A stretch of 64,000 nucleotides of DNA from Spirochaetia bacterium (GTDB lineage Bacteria; Spirochaetota; Spirochaetia; DSM-2461): NCBI GenBank assembly GCA_963666985.2, contig CAXXIA010000002.1, forward strand, positions 608,001 through 672,000, in the 5' to 3' direction. Position numbers and translations under genes: made by a program. How positions within the stretch are numbered: position 1 is the first letter of the stretch; each line of letters begins with the position of its first letter. Below the pieces are notes generated by a model, which did not search any database, was not told the origin of the DNA, and was given only the letters and a program-made list of their open reading frames with translations. This document shows, one piece after another, positions 36,820 through 46,206 of the stretch.

Positions 36820-37728
36820 CTACCAGCCCCGGACGGCCAGCCGTTCCTTTTCCGCCAAATCGGTGCAATTAATGCCGACCATGGGCTCGCCCAGATCTTC
36901 TGATATCTCGGCCAGTTTATCCGGATCGTCAAAGTGGGTTACGGCTTCCACGATGGCTTTGGCCCGCTTGGCGGGATTGCCCGACTTAAAGATGCCCGAT
37001 CCCACGAACACCGATTCGGCGCCGAGGTGCATCATCAGGGCGGCATCGGCGGGAATCGCCACGCCGCCGGCGGAAAAATTCGGAACAGGAAGACGGCCGA
37101 TGCGGGCGACTTCCTCCACCAAATCGAAAGGAGCGCCCATGTCTTTGGCGGCGCTCATCAGCTGATCCTTCGGCATGGAGGTAAGGGCCCTGATGCCGTC
37201 CATCAGGGTCCGCATGTGGCGGACGGCTTCGATGATGTCGCCGGTACCGGCCTCGCCTTTGGTGCGGATCATGGCGGCGCCTTCGCCGATGCGGCGCAGG
37301 GCTTCGCCCAGATCGCGGCAGCCGCAGACAAAGGGAACCTTAAAGGCCAGTTTGTCCACATGATACCGGTCGTCGGCGGGGGTAAGCACTTCGCTTTCGT
37401 CCACGAAGTCCACGCCGAGGGATTCGAGGATACGGGCTTCCATGAAATGACCGATGCGGCATTTGGCCATCACGGGAATGGATACGGCGGCCTGGATGCC
37501 TTTGATCATCTTGGGATCGGACATGCGGGCGACACCGCCGTCGGCGCGGATGTCTGCGGGAACCCGCTCAAGAGCCATAACGGCCGCGGCACCGGCATCT
37601 TCGGCGATCTTCGCCTGATCCGGAGTCACCACGTCCATAATCACGCCGCCCTTAAGCATCTCGGCCAATCCGACTTTTGTTTTCCAGGTGGAACTCTGCC
37701 GCCCGGACCAACTCTTCTGTTCGCTCAT
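36820..37728 (-). CDS. pdxS: Pyridoxal 5'-phosphate synthase lyase subunit
   Basis: [54 protein letters not shown]. Confidence 0.97.
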   Translation of the reverse strand: MSEQKSWSGRQSSTWKTKVGLAEMLKGGVIMDVVTPDQAKIAEDAGAAAVMALERVPADIRADGGVARMSDPKMIKGIQAAVSIPVMAKCRIGHFMEARILESLGVDFVDESEVLTPADDRYHVDKLAFKVPFVCGCRDLGEALRRIGEGAAMIRTKGEAGTGDIIEAVRHMRTLMDGIRALTSMPKDQLMSAAKDMGAPFDLVEEVARIGRLPVPNFSAGGVAIPADAALMMHLGAESVFVGSGIFKSGNPAKRAKAIVEAVTHFDDPDKLAEISEDLGEPMVGINCTDLAEKERLAVRGW

Positions 37729-37834
37729 ATACTCTAATCCTCCCGGAAGACGTTTCGCGCCTTCCTTCGGTCATTTTCATGTTCGAAAAAAACATGCTTC
37801 CGGAGCATCATCGAATCACGCGAGTCCGATAGTG

Positions 37835-38713
37835 TCAAGAATCACGAAATGTCGTGGAAAACACGGTTAGGGCGGCAAGAACCAAAGCGAACGCGGCGAT
37901 ACGGAAAGCGCCGAAGGGTTCACCGTAAATCAGCACGCCCAAAAGCAGCATCATGGTGGGAGCCACATACTGAAGAAAACCCAGAACTCCGAGCGGCAGC
38001 TTCTTGGCGCCGATGCCGAAAAGCCAGAGCGGCAGCAGCGTAATCACGCCCGATCCGAGAAGCATAACGGTAACCTTCGTCCCGTATCCGACCAGATGCC
38101 AGCCTCCGCCCGTTCCGCTCAGTGCCGCGAAAGCGATATATCCCGCGGCAAAGGGACCGAGGATACCGGTTACCCATGCCAGAACTTCGATGCTGTCGAG
38201 TTCATCCGGCAGCCGCTTTACCGTTAAAGCGTAAAAACCGAAGGTCAGCGCGAGAACAAGGCTCACCCACGGGAACACGCCGGCATCCAGAGTCATCAGA
38301 AGAACTCCGATCAAAGCCAGAACAATGGCGATTTTTCTGCGCGGGCCGATACGCTCGGAGAGGAAAAGCATGCCCAAAACAACATTAACCAGAGGATTCA
38401 TGTAGTAACCGAGGCTGGCCTCCAGAATGCGCTCCGAATTCACCGCCCAGATATAGATTCCCCAATTCGCTCCGATCAGCAGAGCGGCCGTAACGAGCAG
38501 ACGGATGGTCCGGCGGGAAAACGAACCTCGCGCCGTTTTTCGTCCGCGAACCCATAGAATAATCCATGCCAAAAGGCAGCATCCGGCCACACGCCAAGCA
38601 AGGAGTTCCAATGACGGTACGGAACCGAGGAGTTTCCAATAAACGGGAAGAAATCCCCAAATAAGATATGCGGTAAAACCCGCGGCGAATCCATTACGTC
38701 GATTGTCGGCCAT
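37835..38713 (-). CDS. rarD: EamA-family transporter RarD
   Basis: AYLIWGFLPVYWK, NW.IYIWAV, EASLGYYMNPL, LGFLQYVAPT; start set to the ATG at 38713. Confidence 0.9.
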   Translation of the reverse strand: MADNRRNGFAAGFTAYLIWGFLPVYWKLLGSVPSLELLAWRVAGCCLLAWIILWVRGRKTARGSFSRRTIRLLVTAALLIGANWGIYIWAVNSERILEASLGYYMNPLVNVVLGMLFLSERIGPRRKIAIVLALIGVLLMTLDAGVFPWVSLVLALTFGFYALTVKRLPDELDSIEVLAWVTGILGPFAAGYIAFAALSGTGGGWHLVGYGTKVTVMLLGSGVITLLPLWLFGIGAKKLPLGVLGFLQYVAPTMMLLLGVLIYGEPFGAFRIAAFALVLAALTVFSTTFRDS

Positions 38714-38854
38714 TACAGGGAGTGTATCCGCTCGCTTTTCTTTCGGCCATAGCCTCAAAAGAAGAGCTGATCGGCGGAACCGATCAGAAACCGATTAAGG
38801 TCCCGCGTCCCGATTCGGCCCTCGGCAGGCCCCCCAGCCCGAGAGAATCATGAT

Positions 38855-39259
38855 TTACAATGGGATTTTCCCAAGCAGAGCCTTAAGAACGAGTTCCGTT
38901 TCACCGCCGTTCAGCCCGAACATCACCGCCAGGATTCCCTGGAGATACAAAGCGGTCATCATGCGCTTTCGGGGATCGGCCGTTTGGCCGAAGCGCGATA
39001 GAAAGAAAGAATAAACCCTCGCCGAATCGGCTCCGTCCAGAATCATCCGCAATCCTTCTTCAAGAAAGAAAGGAAGATCTTTTTCATCAAGACGGGCTTC
39101 AAGAGCCAAAAGTCCGCTCCCGCGGGCCGTTGATTGGATTTCGCCAAGAAGACGCCGGAATTCATCTGTCTCTTCATCGAAAACGGAAGACGGATTCAGA
39201 TTTTCCAACACGTTTTCATCCCACAGGTCCATAACGGACTTCACGCCGTCCGAGAACAT
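38855..39259 (-). CDS. Small protein resembling the MotA/PomA cytoplasmic domain
   Basis: ARGSGLLALE...FLEEGLRMILDG resembles the MotA loop ARxxGLLxLE...FLxxGLxxxxDG, but the TM1/TM2 region is absent. Confidence 0.6.
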   Translation of the reverse strand: MFSDGVKSVMDLWDENVLENLNPSSVFDEETDEFRRLLGEIQSTARGSGLLALEARLDEKDLPFFLEEGLRMILDGADSARVYSFFLSRFGQTADPRKRMMTALYLQGILAVMFGLNGGETELVLKALLGKIPL

Positions 39260-40488
39260 GGAAACACCCCCGGCTCGTTTATGCTCTTATCGATATGATG
39301 CCTAACGCCGTATACAATAGCTTCCGTCCCTTTGCGCACCCCTTCCAGAGCGACGATACGTTCCCTGTAAGGGTCGTGAGAAATCGAGGCGTGGAGAAAT
39401 TCACTGTACTCCGGCGCCCTGTTTACCAGTTCCACCCGCGTAGGCAGTCCGAGAGACGATCCGATCACATCGGCCTGAATCGTATTATAAGATCTGCATC
39501 GGCCTCCGATGACGGACGATGCGCCGTTCGGGGAACAGTAGAGTCCGTCCACCGCCAGAATGTCGGATCCGAGAACATGAGCGGTAACCAATACGGGCAA
39601 GAAACTTGTAACGACGGAGTACTCGATATAAGGCGTTGTTAAACCGTTGACGGTTTTCACCAGACCGCCGGTGATTCCGCCGTCGACGGTCACCGGGCCT
39701 TTGGCATTGATAATGCCTCCCGGAAGCAGCCGGCCGGTAATTCTCACGGGGCCGGAATGGTCGATTCGATTATTTAAATCGCCCTCGATAATCAGCGCCT
39801 CCGGCGGCGGGGAATCAGCTTCGCCCGGAAACGGATCGGATACCGAAATGGCGCCGAGCAGCTGATTTATCTCACCCTGTGTGAGCTCGTTTTCGGCCGC
39901 CGCGGGTATGAGCGCTTCCTCCCGGGTGCAGGAATCGGAGCACCGTTCACCCTCGGGCGGCGCTGCGTTTTGATTTTTTTCAGCGCCGGCGGAAAAAGAC
40001 CGCGCGGCCGGGGCGGCATCGGAAGAAGTCGGAACTTCACACAGCCGATTGATTTCATCCCGACCGAGTTCTCTTCCGGCGGAAACCGGCCGTTCCGTTT
40101 TTCCGGAGACAGCGGATGAAACGGGAGGTCTTTCACAGCCGTCGGTATAAGGCAGGAAGAGATCGAGTACGTCTTGATGGAACCGTTCTCCGCCGGACGG
40201 GCCGCCGGTTCCGCACCGCCCCACCCTGAAGAGAACTCTCGCGACCGAATGAACCGCGGAGGCCGGCATTCCCTCGTCCAGAAGCCGCAGATAGAGACGG
40301 ATAACGGGATTGGAAAATTGATCGATTCGGGCGGCCGTTCCATGAATACCGCTTATCCGGACGGAAACGGCCGCGGATTCAAGTTCTCCTTTGTCCCCTT
40401 CGGGAACCGGAAGAGAGAGAACTTCGGGCATCGCGGCGAAATTCCCCTGAAATTGATAGAGTTCGTTCTGAGTCAATTCGGCGGACAT
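39241..40488 (-). CDS. FapA/DUF342-like protein with FliM-N-like motifs
   Basis: C-terminal beta-solenoid (IEGDL..IDHSGPVRITG..INAKGPVTVDGGI; IGGR..IGSSLGLPTRVEL); AAGGAGG RBS before the ATG at 40488. Confidence 0.65.
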   Translation of the reverse strand: MSAELTQNELYQFQGNFAAMPEVLSLPVPEGDKGELESAAVSVRISGIHGTAARIDQFSNPVIRLYLRLLDEGMPASAVHSVARVLFRVGRCGTGGPSGGERFHQDVLDLFLPYTDGCERPPVSSAVSGKTERPVSAGRELGRDEINRLCEVPTSSDAAPAARSFSAGAEKNQNAAPPEGERCSDSCTREEALIPAAAENELTQGEINQLLGAISVSDPFPGEADSPPPEALIIEGDLNNRIDHSGPVRITGRLLPGGIINAKGPVTVDGGITGGLVKTVNGLTTPYIEYSVVTSFLPVLVTAHVLGSDILAVDGLYCSPNGASSVIGGRCRSYNTIQADVIGSSLGLPTRVELVNRAPEYSEFLHASISHDPYRERIVALEGVRKGTEAIVYGVRHHIDKSINEPGVFPCSRTA

Positions 40489-40569
40489 CGGCGAACCTCC
40501 TTGCGGCTTCAACCAGTATACTTCCTTACTTCGGGAAAAAACGCCTAAGGCCCGAAATCCGGCAGACTT

Positions 40570-42039
40570 CTACCTTCCTCCCGAAAGAAAGCGCTTGGAG
40601 TTCTTTTCGGAAATCGCCCTCCACCACGAACCGAAGGCGTCTTTGTGGGATTGCAGATAGAAGCGGACATCGGGATCTTTCAAAGAAGTGAGGAAATAGT
40701 CCGATCCGTAGAGAATCTTCCTCTTTAAAGCCGGGCGGCGTTTTTTCATTCGATTCGCCAAGAGCGATAAATCCGCTTCGGCACCGGCATATCCGCTTAA
40801 ATCCACGTAAACGCCGCGCTTTTCGGACGCCTGCCGGAGCGCCCATGCGGCCCATCCCGAATGCTCGGGATTTTCCACCCATCCGGACGCATGAGGCGCG
40901 CCGCCGGCATGGGCGAAGTTGATGACCAAATCCGGCCAGCGCTTCAGGACTTTATCCCAGAGCCGGGGATGATTCAGTCTCATCTGCCGTTCCCTGACGG
41001 CCGCGTTAATGGTTCCGGGGGTCATTTTCACATCGAATCGGCAGATATCGGCGGAAAGAGGACCGCCGAAGAGAGGGTCGTAAACATCACCGCGGATTCG
41101 AATCGACTGAAGAGGCGTGGCGAACCCGCTCGGACTGAAATGGACGGTGATGGGAATCCGGTAGCGGGAGCAGTGGGCATAAAGACCTTTGGAATCGAAC
41201 AGCGCCGGATCGGTGGGGGAATATCCCGAGGAAGTGTAGAGTTTCACACCGGCGAAGGGGCGTCCCGGGCCGACATAATCACCGACGAACTCAACAAGAT
41301 CAACACCGTCCCGATGCCGGCGTCTGGGATCAATCCCCAAAAAAGGGTAAACACGGTCGGGGAAGGCGGCTTTCAGTTCGGTCAGTTCCCTCCGCTGCGT
41401 TTCGAAGCTTTCGTGGGCCAGAAGCCGCCGGGCGCCCCATTCCAGCCCGTCTCCGAAAAGGATGCGCCAAGCCTCTTCCAGCCGGTTCATCAGACGCCGA
41501 TGCGGCCATCGCTCCGAACGGTCGGTTCCTTCCGTATGTGCGGCGGCATCGAAGGGGGCGGAAATCTCCGGTTCGGGACGTGCCGGAAACAGGCTCCCGA
41601 AAATCCCGGAATACGCCGAGAACCCGCGGGCCCATGCGGAGTCGTCTTCCGAAAAGTCGGATGCATTGCCGCCGCGGACCGCTGAAGTCCGATGATGATC
41701 CTGCCGTTCCTTTTGCGGCTCCATGCTTCCGATGCCGTCGCCCTCATCGCCGTTCTCATGATTTACCAGCGCATATTCGATGTCCATCATCAGCGGGACG
41801 AACGACCATCCGGGACCGTAAGCATCGTCCAGACTCAACATGACTTCTTCGGGAGTGTCTTTCAAACCCGTATCGATGATGTCCATCAAGGCATTGGGAT
41901 TCAGTCCCTTTCGGCCGGATTCTTCCCCGCGAATCAATCCTTCCGCGGCAGAGGAAGCGCGAAGCAGCGCCACGAGACGCCCCGCTTTCGCCGAGAGCAG
42001 GGAACGCGTGAAGAAATGAACATGAGAATCGAGGGGCAT
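40570..42039 (-). CDS. Amidohydrolase-2 family metallohydrolase with a long insertion
   Basis: DSHVH, GVKLY, ITVH, AHAGG, YVDLS, LYGSDY; start set to the ATG at 42039. Confidence 0.8.
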   Translation of the reverse strand: MPLDSHVHFFTRSLLSAKAGRLVALLRASSAAEGLIRGEESGRKGLNPNALMDIIDTGLKDTPEEVMLSLDDAYGPGWSFVPLMMDIEYALVNHENGDEGDGIGSMEPQKERQDHHRTSAVRGGNASDFSEDDSAWARGFSAYSGIFGSLFPARPEPEISAPFDAAAHTEGTDRSERWPHRRLMNRLEEAWRILFGDGLEWGARRLLAHESFETQRRELTELKAAFPDRVYPFLGIDPRRRHRDGVDLVEFVGDYVGPGRPFAGVKLYTSSGYSPTDPALFDSKGLYAHCSRYRIPITVHFSPSGFATPLQSIRIRGDVYDPLFGGPLSADICRFDVKMTPGTINAAVRERQMRLNHPRLWDKVLKRWPDLVINFAHAGGAPHASGWVENPEHSGWAAWALRQASEKRGVYVDLSGYAGAEADLSLLANRMKKRRPALKRKILYGSDYFLTSLKDPDVRFYLQSHKDAFGSWWRAISEKNSKRFLSGGR

Positions 42040-42315
42040 AACCACACTATATCGAAAGCGTGTGGAAGCTTCCATTCCGGGACGGCGGTACTCGGCCCGG
42101 TGCGCTCTGCGGCGCCCAACGGCTGAATACAATCGAACACGGACGATGCCGTTCCTCAGCCGATACGAATCATCACGGCCGAAATCGATCTGCGCCTTCC
42201 AAGAAAAATAAGTTCGGAATCAATCTTCAGCCGTTCGAGAAAGAACACCGCAAAATAGCCATAACGATCAGATATATACATTATTTTGATCTATAGATCA
42301 TCATTTCGCTTTTTA

Positions 42316-42344
42316 TTGACCTATATCGCAAATCGGAATAGACT
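42316..42344 (+). promoter_or_regulatory. Sigma70 promoter, probably leaderless, for the Lrp gene
   Basis: TTGACC-N17-TAGACT, 7 nt before the ATG at 42352; no SD. Confidence 0.6.
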
Positions 42345-42351
42345 CTTTCTT

Positions 42352-42795
42352 ATGTACTCCGAAGATCCCAACATCCCCTTGTACCGCGCTCTTCGCGACG
42401 GCCGCCGGAAGTTCCGTGAAGTCGCCGAAGAGTTGGGTTTGGCGGAGAATACCGTCCGGGCGCGGTTCCGGAAACTTGAGGAATCCGGCGTGCTGAAGGT
42501 AACGGCGATGGTGAATCCCGACCTTCTGGAAGGGCATCAGTCGGCCCTGATCGGCATGAAGGTAAAATCCGCCGATTTGGTCAGCGCCGGGGAAAAAATC
42601 GCCGCGCTCAAAGGTGTGGTAAGTGTCCGCGTGGTAACCGGACGCTACGATCTTCTGGTGGAAGTGCTTCTGAAAGACGGTTTCGGTCTTCTGGAGTTCT
42701 TCACCAAGGAAGTGGCCAAAGTGAACGACGTACAGGATTTTGAAACCTTCGTGGTTTACAAAGCTCTCGGGTATCGCGTGCCTTATGTCCTTTGA
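42352..42795 (+). CDS. Lrp/AsnC-family regulator
   Basis: LRDGRRKFREVAEELGLAENTVRAR; VTGRYDL; ETFVV. Confidence 0.9.
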   Translation: MYSEDPNIPLYRALRDGRRKFREVAEELGLAENTVRARFRKLEESGVLKVTAMVNPDLLEGHQSALIGMKVKSADLVSAGEKIAALKGVVSVRVVTGRYDLLVEVLLKDGFGLLEFFTKEVAKVNDVQDFETFVVYKALGYRVPYVL

Positions 42796-43011
42796 TAATC
42801 GGCCGCGGGATATCGTTGATGAAAAGACGTTAAGTGTTGCCGCTATTACCTTAAAGACGGCGGAATCGCTTAAAAATTCCGGCCCGTCCGGCGGCGAGAG
42901 TTTCCGCGGCCGTGCGGCGTCCGGCGGCCTTAAAAGGCGGAATCGTTCGGGAATGATCCGCCGACCCGATACACGCACCGGCCCGCGAAGAATCGGCGCC
43001 GAGGAGGTTCC

Positions 43012-44157
43012 ATGGAATCCAATAAAACGACAGCATTGAAAAGAACTCCGCTTTATCCCATCTATTCGAATCTTCCCGGCGTAAAGCTCGTGGACTTCGG
43101 CGGCTGGGAAATGCCCCTGCAGTTTTCGGAAGGCATCCTTGCCGAGCATAAGGCCGTCCGGGAGGGCGTCGGACTCTTCGACGTTTCCCACATGGGTGAG
43201 ATTTCGGTAACCGGACCCGAGGCGGAATCCTTTCTGGATGACCTTCTTCCGAACACCATCGCCGGAGCCGAGGCGGGAAGGTGCATCTACACCCCCATGT
43301 GCCGGGAAGACGGCGGAACCGTGGACGATCTCTTGGTCTACGTTCTGGAAGACGGCCGGTACCTGCTGGTGGTGAATGCCGCCAACACCGACAAGGACTT
43401 TCAGTGGATTAAAAAGAAACTCGCCGAATCCGGAAAAAGCGCCTTCGCCGAAAATGTCTCGAACGCCTGGGTTCAGCTGGCCCTGCAGGGTCCGGAAGCG
43501 AAAAATCTGCTCACCCCTCTCGCGCCCAGCGTGGATTTGTTCGCTCTTGAGTATTACCGCCATGCGGGGATGACCCACGCGGCGGTTGTTCCGGTTCTTC
43601 TTTCCCGGACCGGTTACACCGGCGAGGACGGTTTCGAACTCTACTGCTCCCCGGCCGATGCGCCGAGGCTGTGGAAGGCCCTGACAAAAGCGGGAGCCGT
43701 TCCCTGCGGCCTCGGCGCACGGGACATTCTCCGGCTCGAAGCCGCCCTGCCGCTTTACGGACACGAACTCGCCGACGACATCAGCCCCATCGAAGCGGGC
43801 CTCGGGATGTTCGTGAAGCCGGAAAAGGAATCTTTTATCGGCCGCGGCGTTTTGGCGGCCCAGAAGGAAAACGGCGCGCCCCGAAGGCTTTACGGACTGG
43901 AAATGACGGACGCGGGAGTACCGAGGGCGGGTTATGCGGTCTTCGCCGCGGCGGGCGGCCACGACGGACCGGAAGACCGCATAGGCACGGTTACCAGCGG
44001 CGGGAAATCGCCCGTCCGCGATGCGTTCATCGCCTTGGCGCTGCTGGAAAAAGGATCGGTAAAAATCGGCGACACGGTGGAAGTGGAAATCCACGGCAAA
44101 CGAAAGAAGGCGCGGGTGGTGAAAAAACCCTTTTACCGGCGGGAATCGGCCGCGTGA
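43012..44157 (+). CDS. gcvT: Glycine cleavage system aminomethyltransferase T
   Basis: LKRTPL, FGGWEMP, FDVSHMG, SRTGYTGEDGFE, GLGARDILRLEA. Confidence 0.97.
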   Translation: MESNKTTALKRTPLYPIYSNLPGVKLVDFGGWEMPLQFSEGILAEHKAVREGVGLFDVSHMGEISVTGPEAESFLDDLLPNTIAGAEAGRCIYTPMCREDGGTVDDLLVYVLEDGRYLLVVNAANTDKDFQWIKKKLAESGKSAFAENVSNAWVQLALQGPEAKNLLTPLAPSVDLFALEYYRHAGMTHAAVVPVLLSRTGYTGEDGFELYCSPADAPRLWKALTKAGAVPCGLGARDILRLEAALPLYGHELADDISPIEAGLGMFVKPEKESFIGRGVLAAQKENGAPRRLYGLEMTDAGVPRAGYAVFAAAGGHDGPEDRIGTVTSGGKSPVRDAFIALALLEKGSVKIGDTVEVEIHGKRKKARVVKKPFYRRESAA

Positions 44158-44404
44158 TGAAAAAAAGCGCGATATCGGCCCGAGGATTTTCATCAAAGGC
44201 GGGAACCGGCCGCATGAGAACTCTCCCGAAATCCTCCGACGACCTCGGCGGAAGCACCGCGCTCCCGTCCGCCCCAACACGGCCCTATCATGCGGGCGCA
44301 CGGCCCGCACCGCCGCGGGGTCACTTGCAAAATGGGGCCTCACCATCGGAGTGCCGAATCATTACAATGAAATCACATAAAACCGAAGAACCAAGGAGCT
44401 GACT

Positions 44405-44788
44405 ATGAATCTTCCCGAAAATCTTAAGTACACAAAGTCGCATGAGTGGATCCGCGTCGAGGGCGATACGGCCGTCATCGGCATTACCGACTACGCCCAG
44501 GAATCTCTCGGCGACATCGTCTACGTTGAAATCCCCGAGGCGGGCACGGAACTGACCAAGGGCGACGAAGCGGTGAACATCGAATCGGTGAAAGTGGCCG
44601 AGGCCGTCTACGCCCCTGTGACCGGAACCGTTAAGGACGTGAACGGCGATTTGGAAGACAGCCCGGAACTGATCAACAAGGACGCCTACGCAGCCTTCAT
44701 TTACAGCATCGCCATGAGCGATCCATCGGAACTCGGCGATCTGATGGATGCCGCGGCGTATAAGGCTTTCGTCGACGCCCAGGATTAA
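44405..44788 (+). CDS. gcvH: Glycine cleavage system H protein
   Basis: YTKSHEW, GITDYAQESLGDIVYV, IESVK (lipoyl-Lys). Confidence 0.97.
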   Translation: MNLPENLKYTKSHEWIRVEGDTAVIGITDYAQESLGDIVYVEIPEAGTELTKGDEAVNIESVKVAEAVYAPVTGTVKDVNGDLEDSPELINKDAYAAFIYSIAMSDPSELGDLMDAAAYKAFVDAQD

Positions 44789-44844
44789 TTTTTCACGACA
44801 ATCGGCGTGCTTGTTGCGCGCCGATTTAAGGAGCGAGAACGCTT

Positions 44845-46206
44845 GTGATTCCCTACCTGCCCCATTCCGAAGCCGACATCTCGGCCATGCTGGAACGCAT
44901 CGGCGTTTCTGACATCGACGATCTTTTCGCGGACATCCCCGCCTCCGTCCGGCTCTCCGGTCCTCTGAACCTGCCGGAATCCATGGCCGAAGCGGATGTG
45001 TTCCGGATTTTGGATGATCTCTCGCGCCGAAACGCGGCAAAGCTTCTGTTTCTCGGAGCCGGTCAGTACGACCACGTGATTCCCTCGGTGGTGAATCATC
45101 TCACCGGACGCTCCGAATTCGTCACGGCCTACACGCCCTACCAGCCTGAAATCTCCCAGGGAATCCTTCAGGCCCTTTTTGAGTTTCAATCCTCCATCGC
45201 GGCGATAACCGGTCTGCCGGTTTCCAACGCCTCGCTCTATGACGGATTCACGGCCGCCGCCGAAGCCTGCGCCATGGTCCTGAACGCCCGGCGGAAGTCC
45301 CGTATCGTGCTTATAGCCGGTACGATTCATCCCTTCACGAAAAGCGTTTTACAAACATATTTCGGCGACCTCGATGTCGAGATTCTGGAAATCTCCGAGC
45401 GGCCCGAATCACGCGGCCGTATTGAAAAAGCGGTGCTGGCCGAGGCCGTGGAAACCGCCGGTGAGGAATTGGCGGGCGTTCTCGTTCAAACGCCGAACAT
45501 TTACGGTGCTCTGGAAGACTTAAGCGGCTGGGCCGAGATGATTCACGCCGCCGGAGCCCGGCTCATCGTTTCCGCCAATCCCCTCTCGCTGGGAGCCTTG
45601 GCCTCTCCGGCCGAGTGGGGCGCCGATATCGCCGTGGGCGATACCCAGCCTCTGGGACTGCCGCCCTGTTTCGGCGGCCCGTCGGCGGGCTACATTGCCT
45701 GCACCGAAGAGCTGATGCGCCGCATGCCGGGCCGCATCGTCGGCGAAACCCTCGATTCCGAGGGCCGGCGGGCCTTCGTGCTGACCCTTCAGGCGCGGGA
45801 ACAGCACATTAAGCGCGAAAGGGCCACGAGCAACATCTGCTCGAACCAGTCCCTGGCAGCTCTGGCGAATACGATTTACCTGGCCGCCGTCGGGCCGAAG
45901 GGCTTTGCCGAAGTGTCGCGGCGGAATATAGAAGCGGCGGGAGCTTTACGTGAAAAACTCGTCGGCGGTTTGGGACTTGAAGACTATACAGCCGGAGCCG
46001 TCTTCAACGAGTTTACCTTAAGGATTCCGGTACCCCGCGAAGTTTGGGAAGCGCCGTTCGAGGCGGCCGGAATCGCCTCGGGGGTTTGGCTTGCCGATCT
46101 CGATTCCTCTCTGCCGCCGGATCTGTTAACGATTGCCGTTACCGAGAAACGCACCGCTTCGGAATTGGAACGCTACACCGCGTGCGCCCGGGAGGCCTTG
46201 AAATGA
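44845..46206 (+). CDS. gcvPA: Glycine dehydrogenase subunit 1
   Basis: FLGAG.YDH, EF.TAYTPYQPEISQG, NASLYDG, LQAREQHIKRERATSNICSNQ. Confidence 0.96.
   Translation: MIPYLPHSEADISAMLERIGVSDIDDLFADIPASVRLSGPLNLPESMAEADVFRILDDLSRRNAAKLLFLGAGQYDHVIPSVVNHLTGRSEFVTAYTPYQPEISQGILQALFEFQSSIAAITGLPVSNASLYDGFTAAAEACAMVLNARRKSRIVLIAGTIHPFTKSVLQTYFGDLDVEILEISERPESRGRIEKAVLAEAVETAGEELAGVLVQTPNIYGALEDLSGWAEMIHAAGARLIVSANPLSLGALASPAEWGADIAVGDTQPLGLPPCFGGPSAGYIACTEELMRRMPGRIVGETLDSEGRRAFVLTLQAREQHIKRERATSNICSNQSLAALANTIYLAAVGPKGFAEVSRRNIEAAGALREKLVGGLGLEDYTAGAVFNEFTLRIPVPREVWEAPFEAAGIASGVWLADLDSSLPPDLLTIAVTEKRTASELERYTACAREALK

Noticed and set aside
42796..43011. Glycine riboswitch upstream of gcvT
   Set aside because: The expected GGAGA...CCGAAG...CTCTCAGG core elements could not be found.
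42313..44346. 677-aa minus-strand ORF
   Set aside because: It is the antisense shadow of lrp/gcvT in GC-rich DNA, with no motifs; the sense genes are unambiguous.
44154..44402. Possible small ORF between gcvT and gcvH (MMKKSAISARG...)
   Set aside because: Low-complexity translation with no motif; more likely a spacer.
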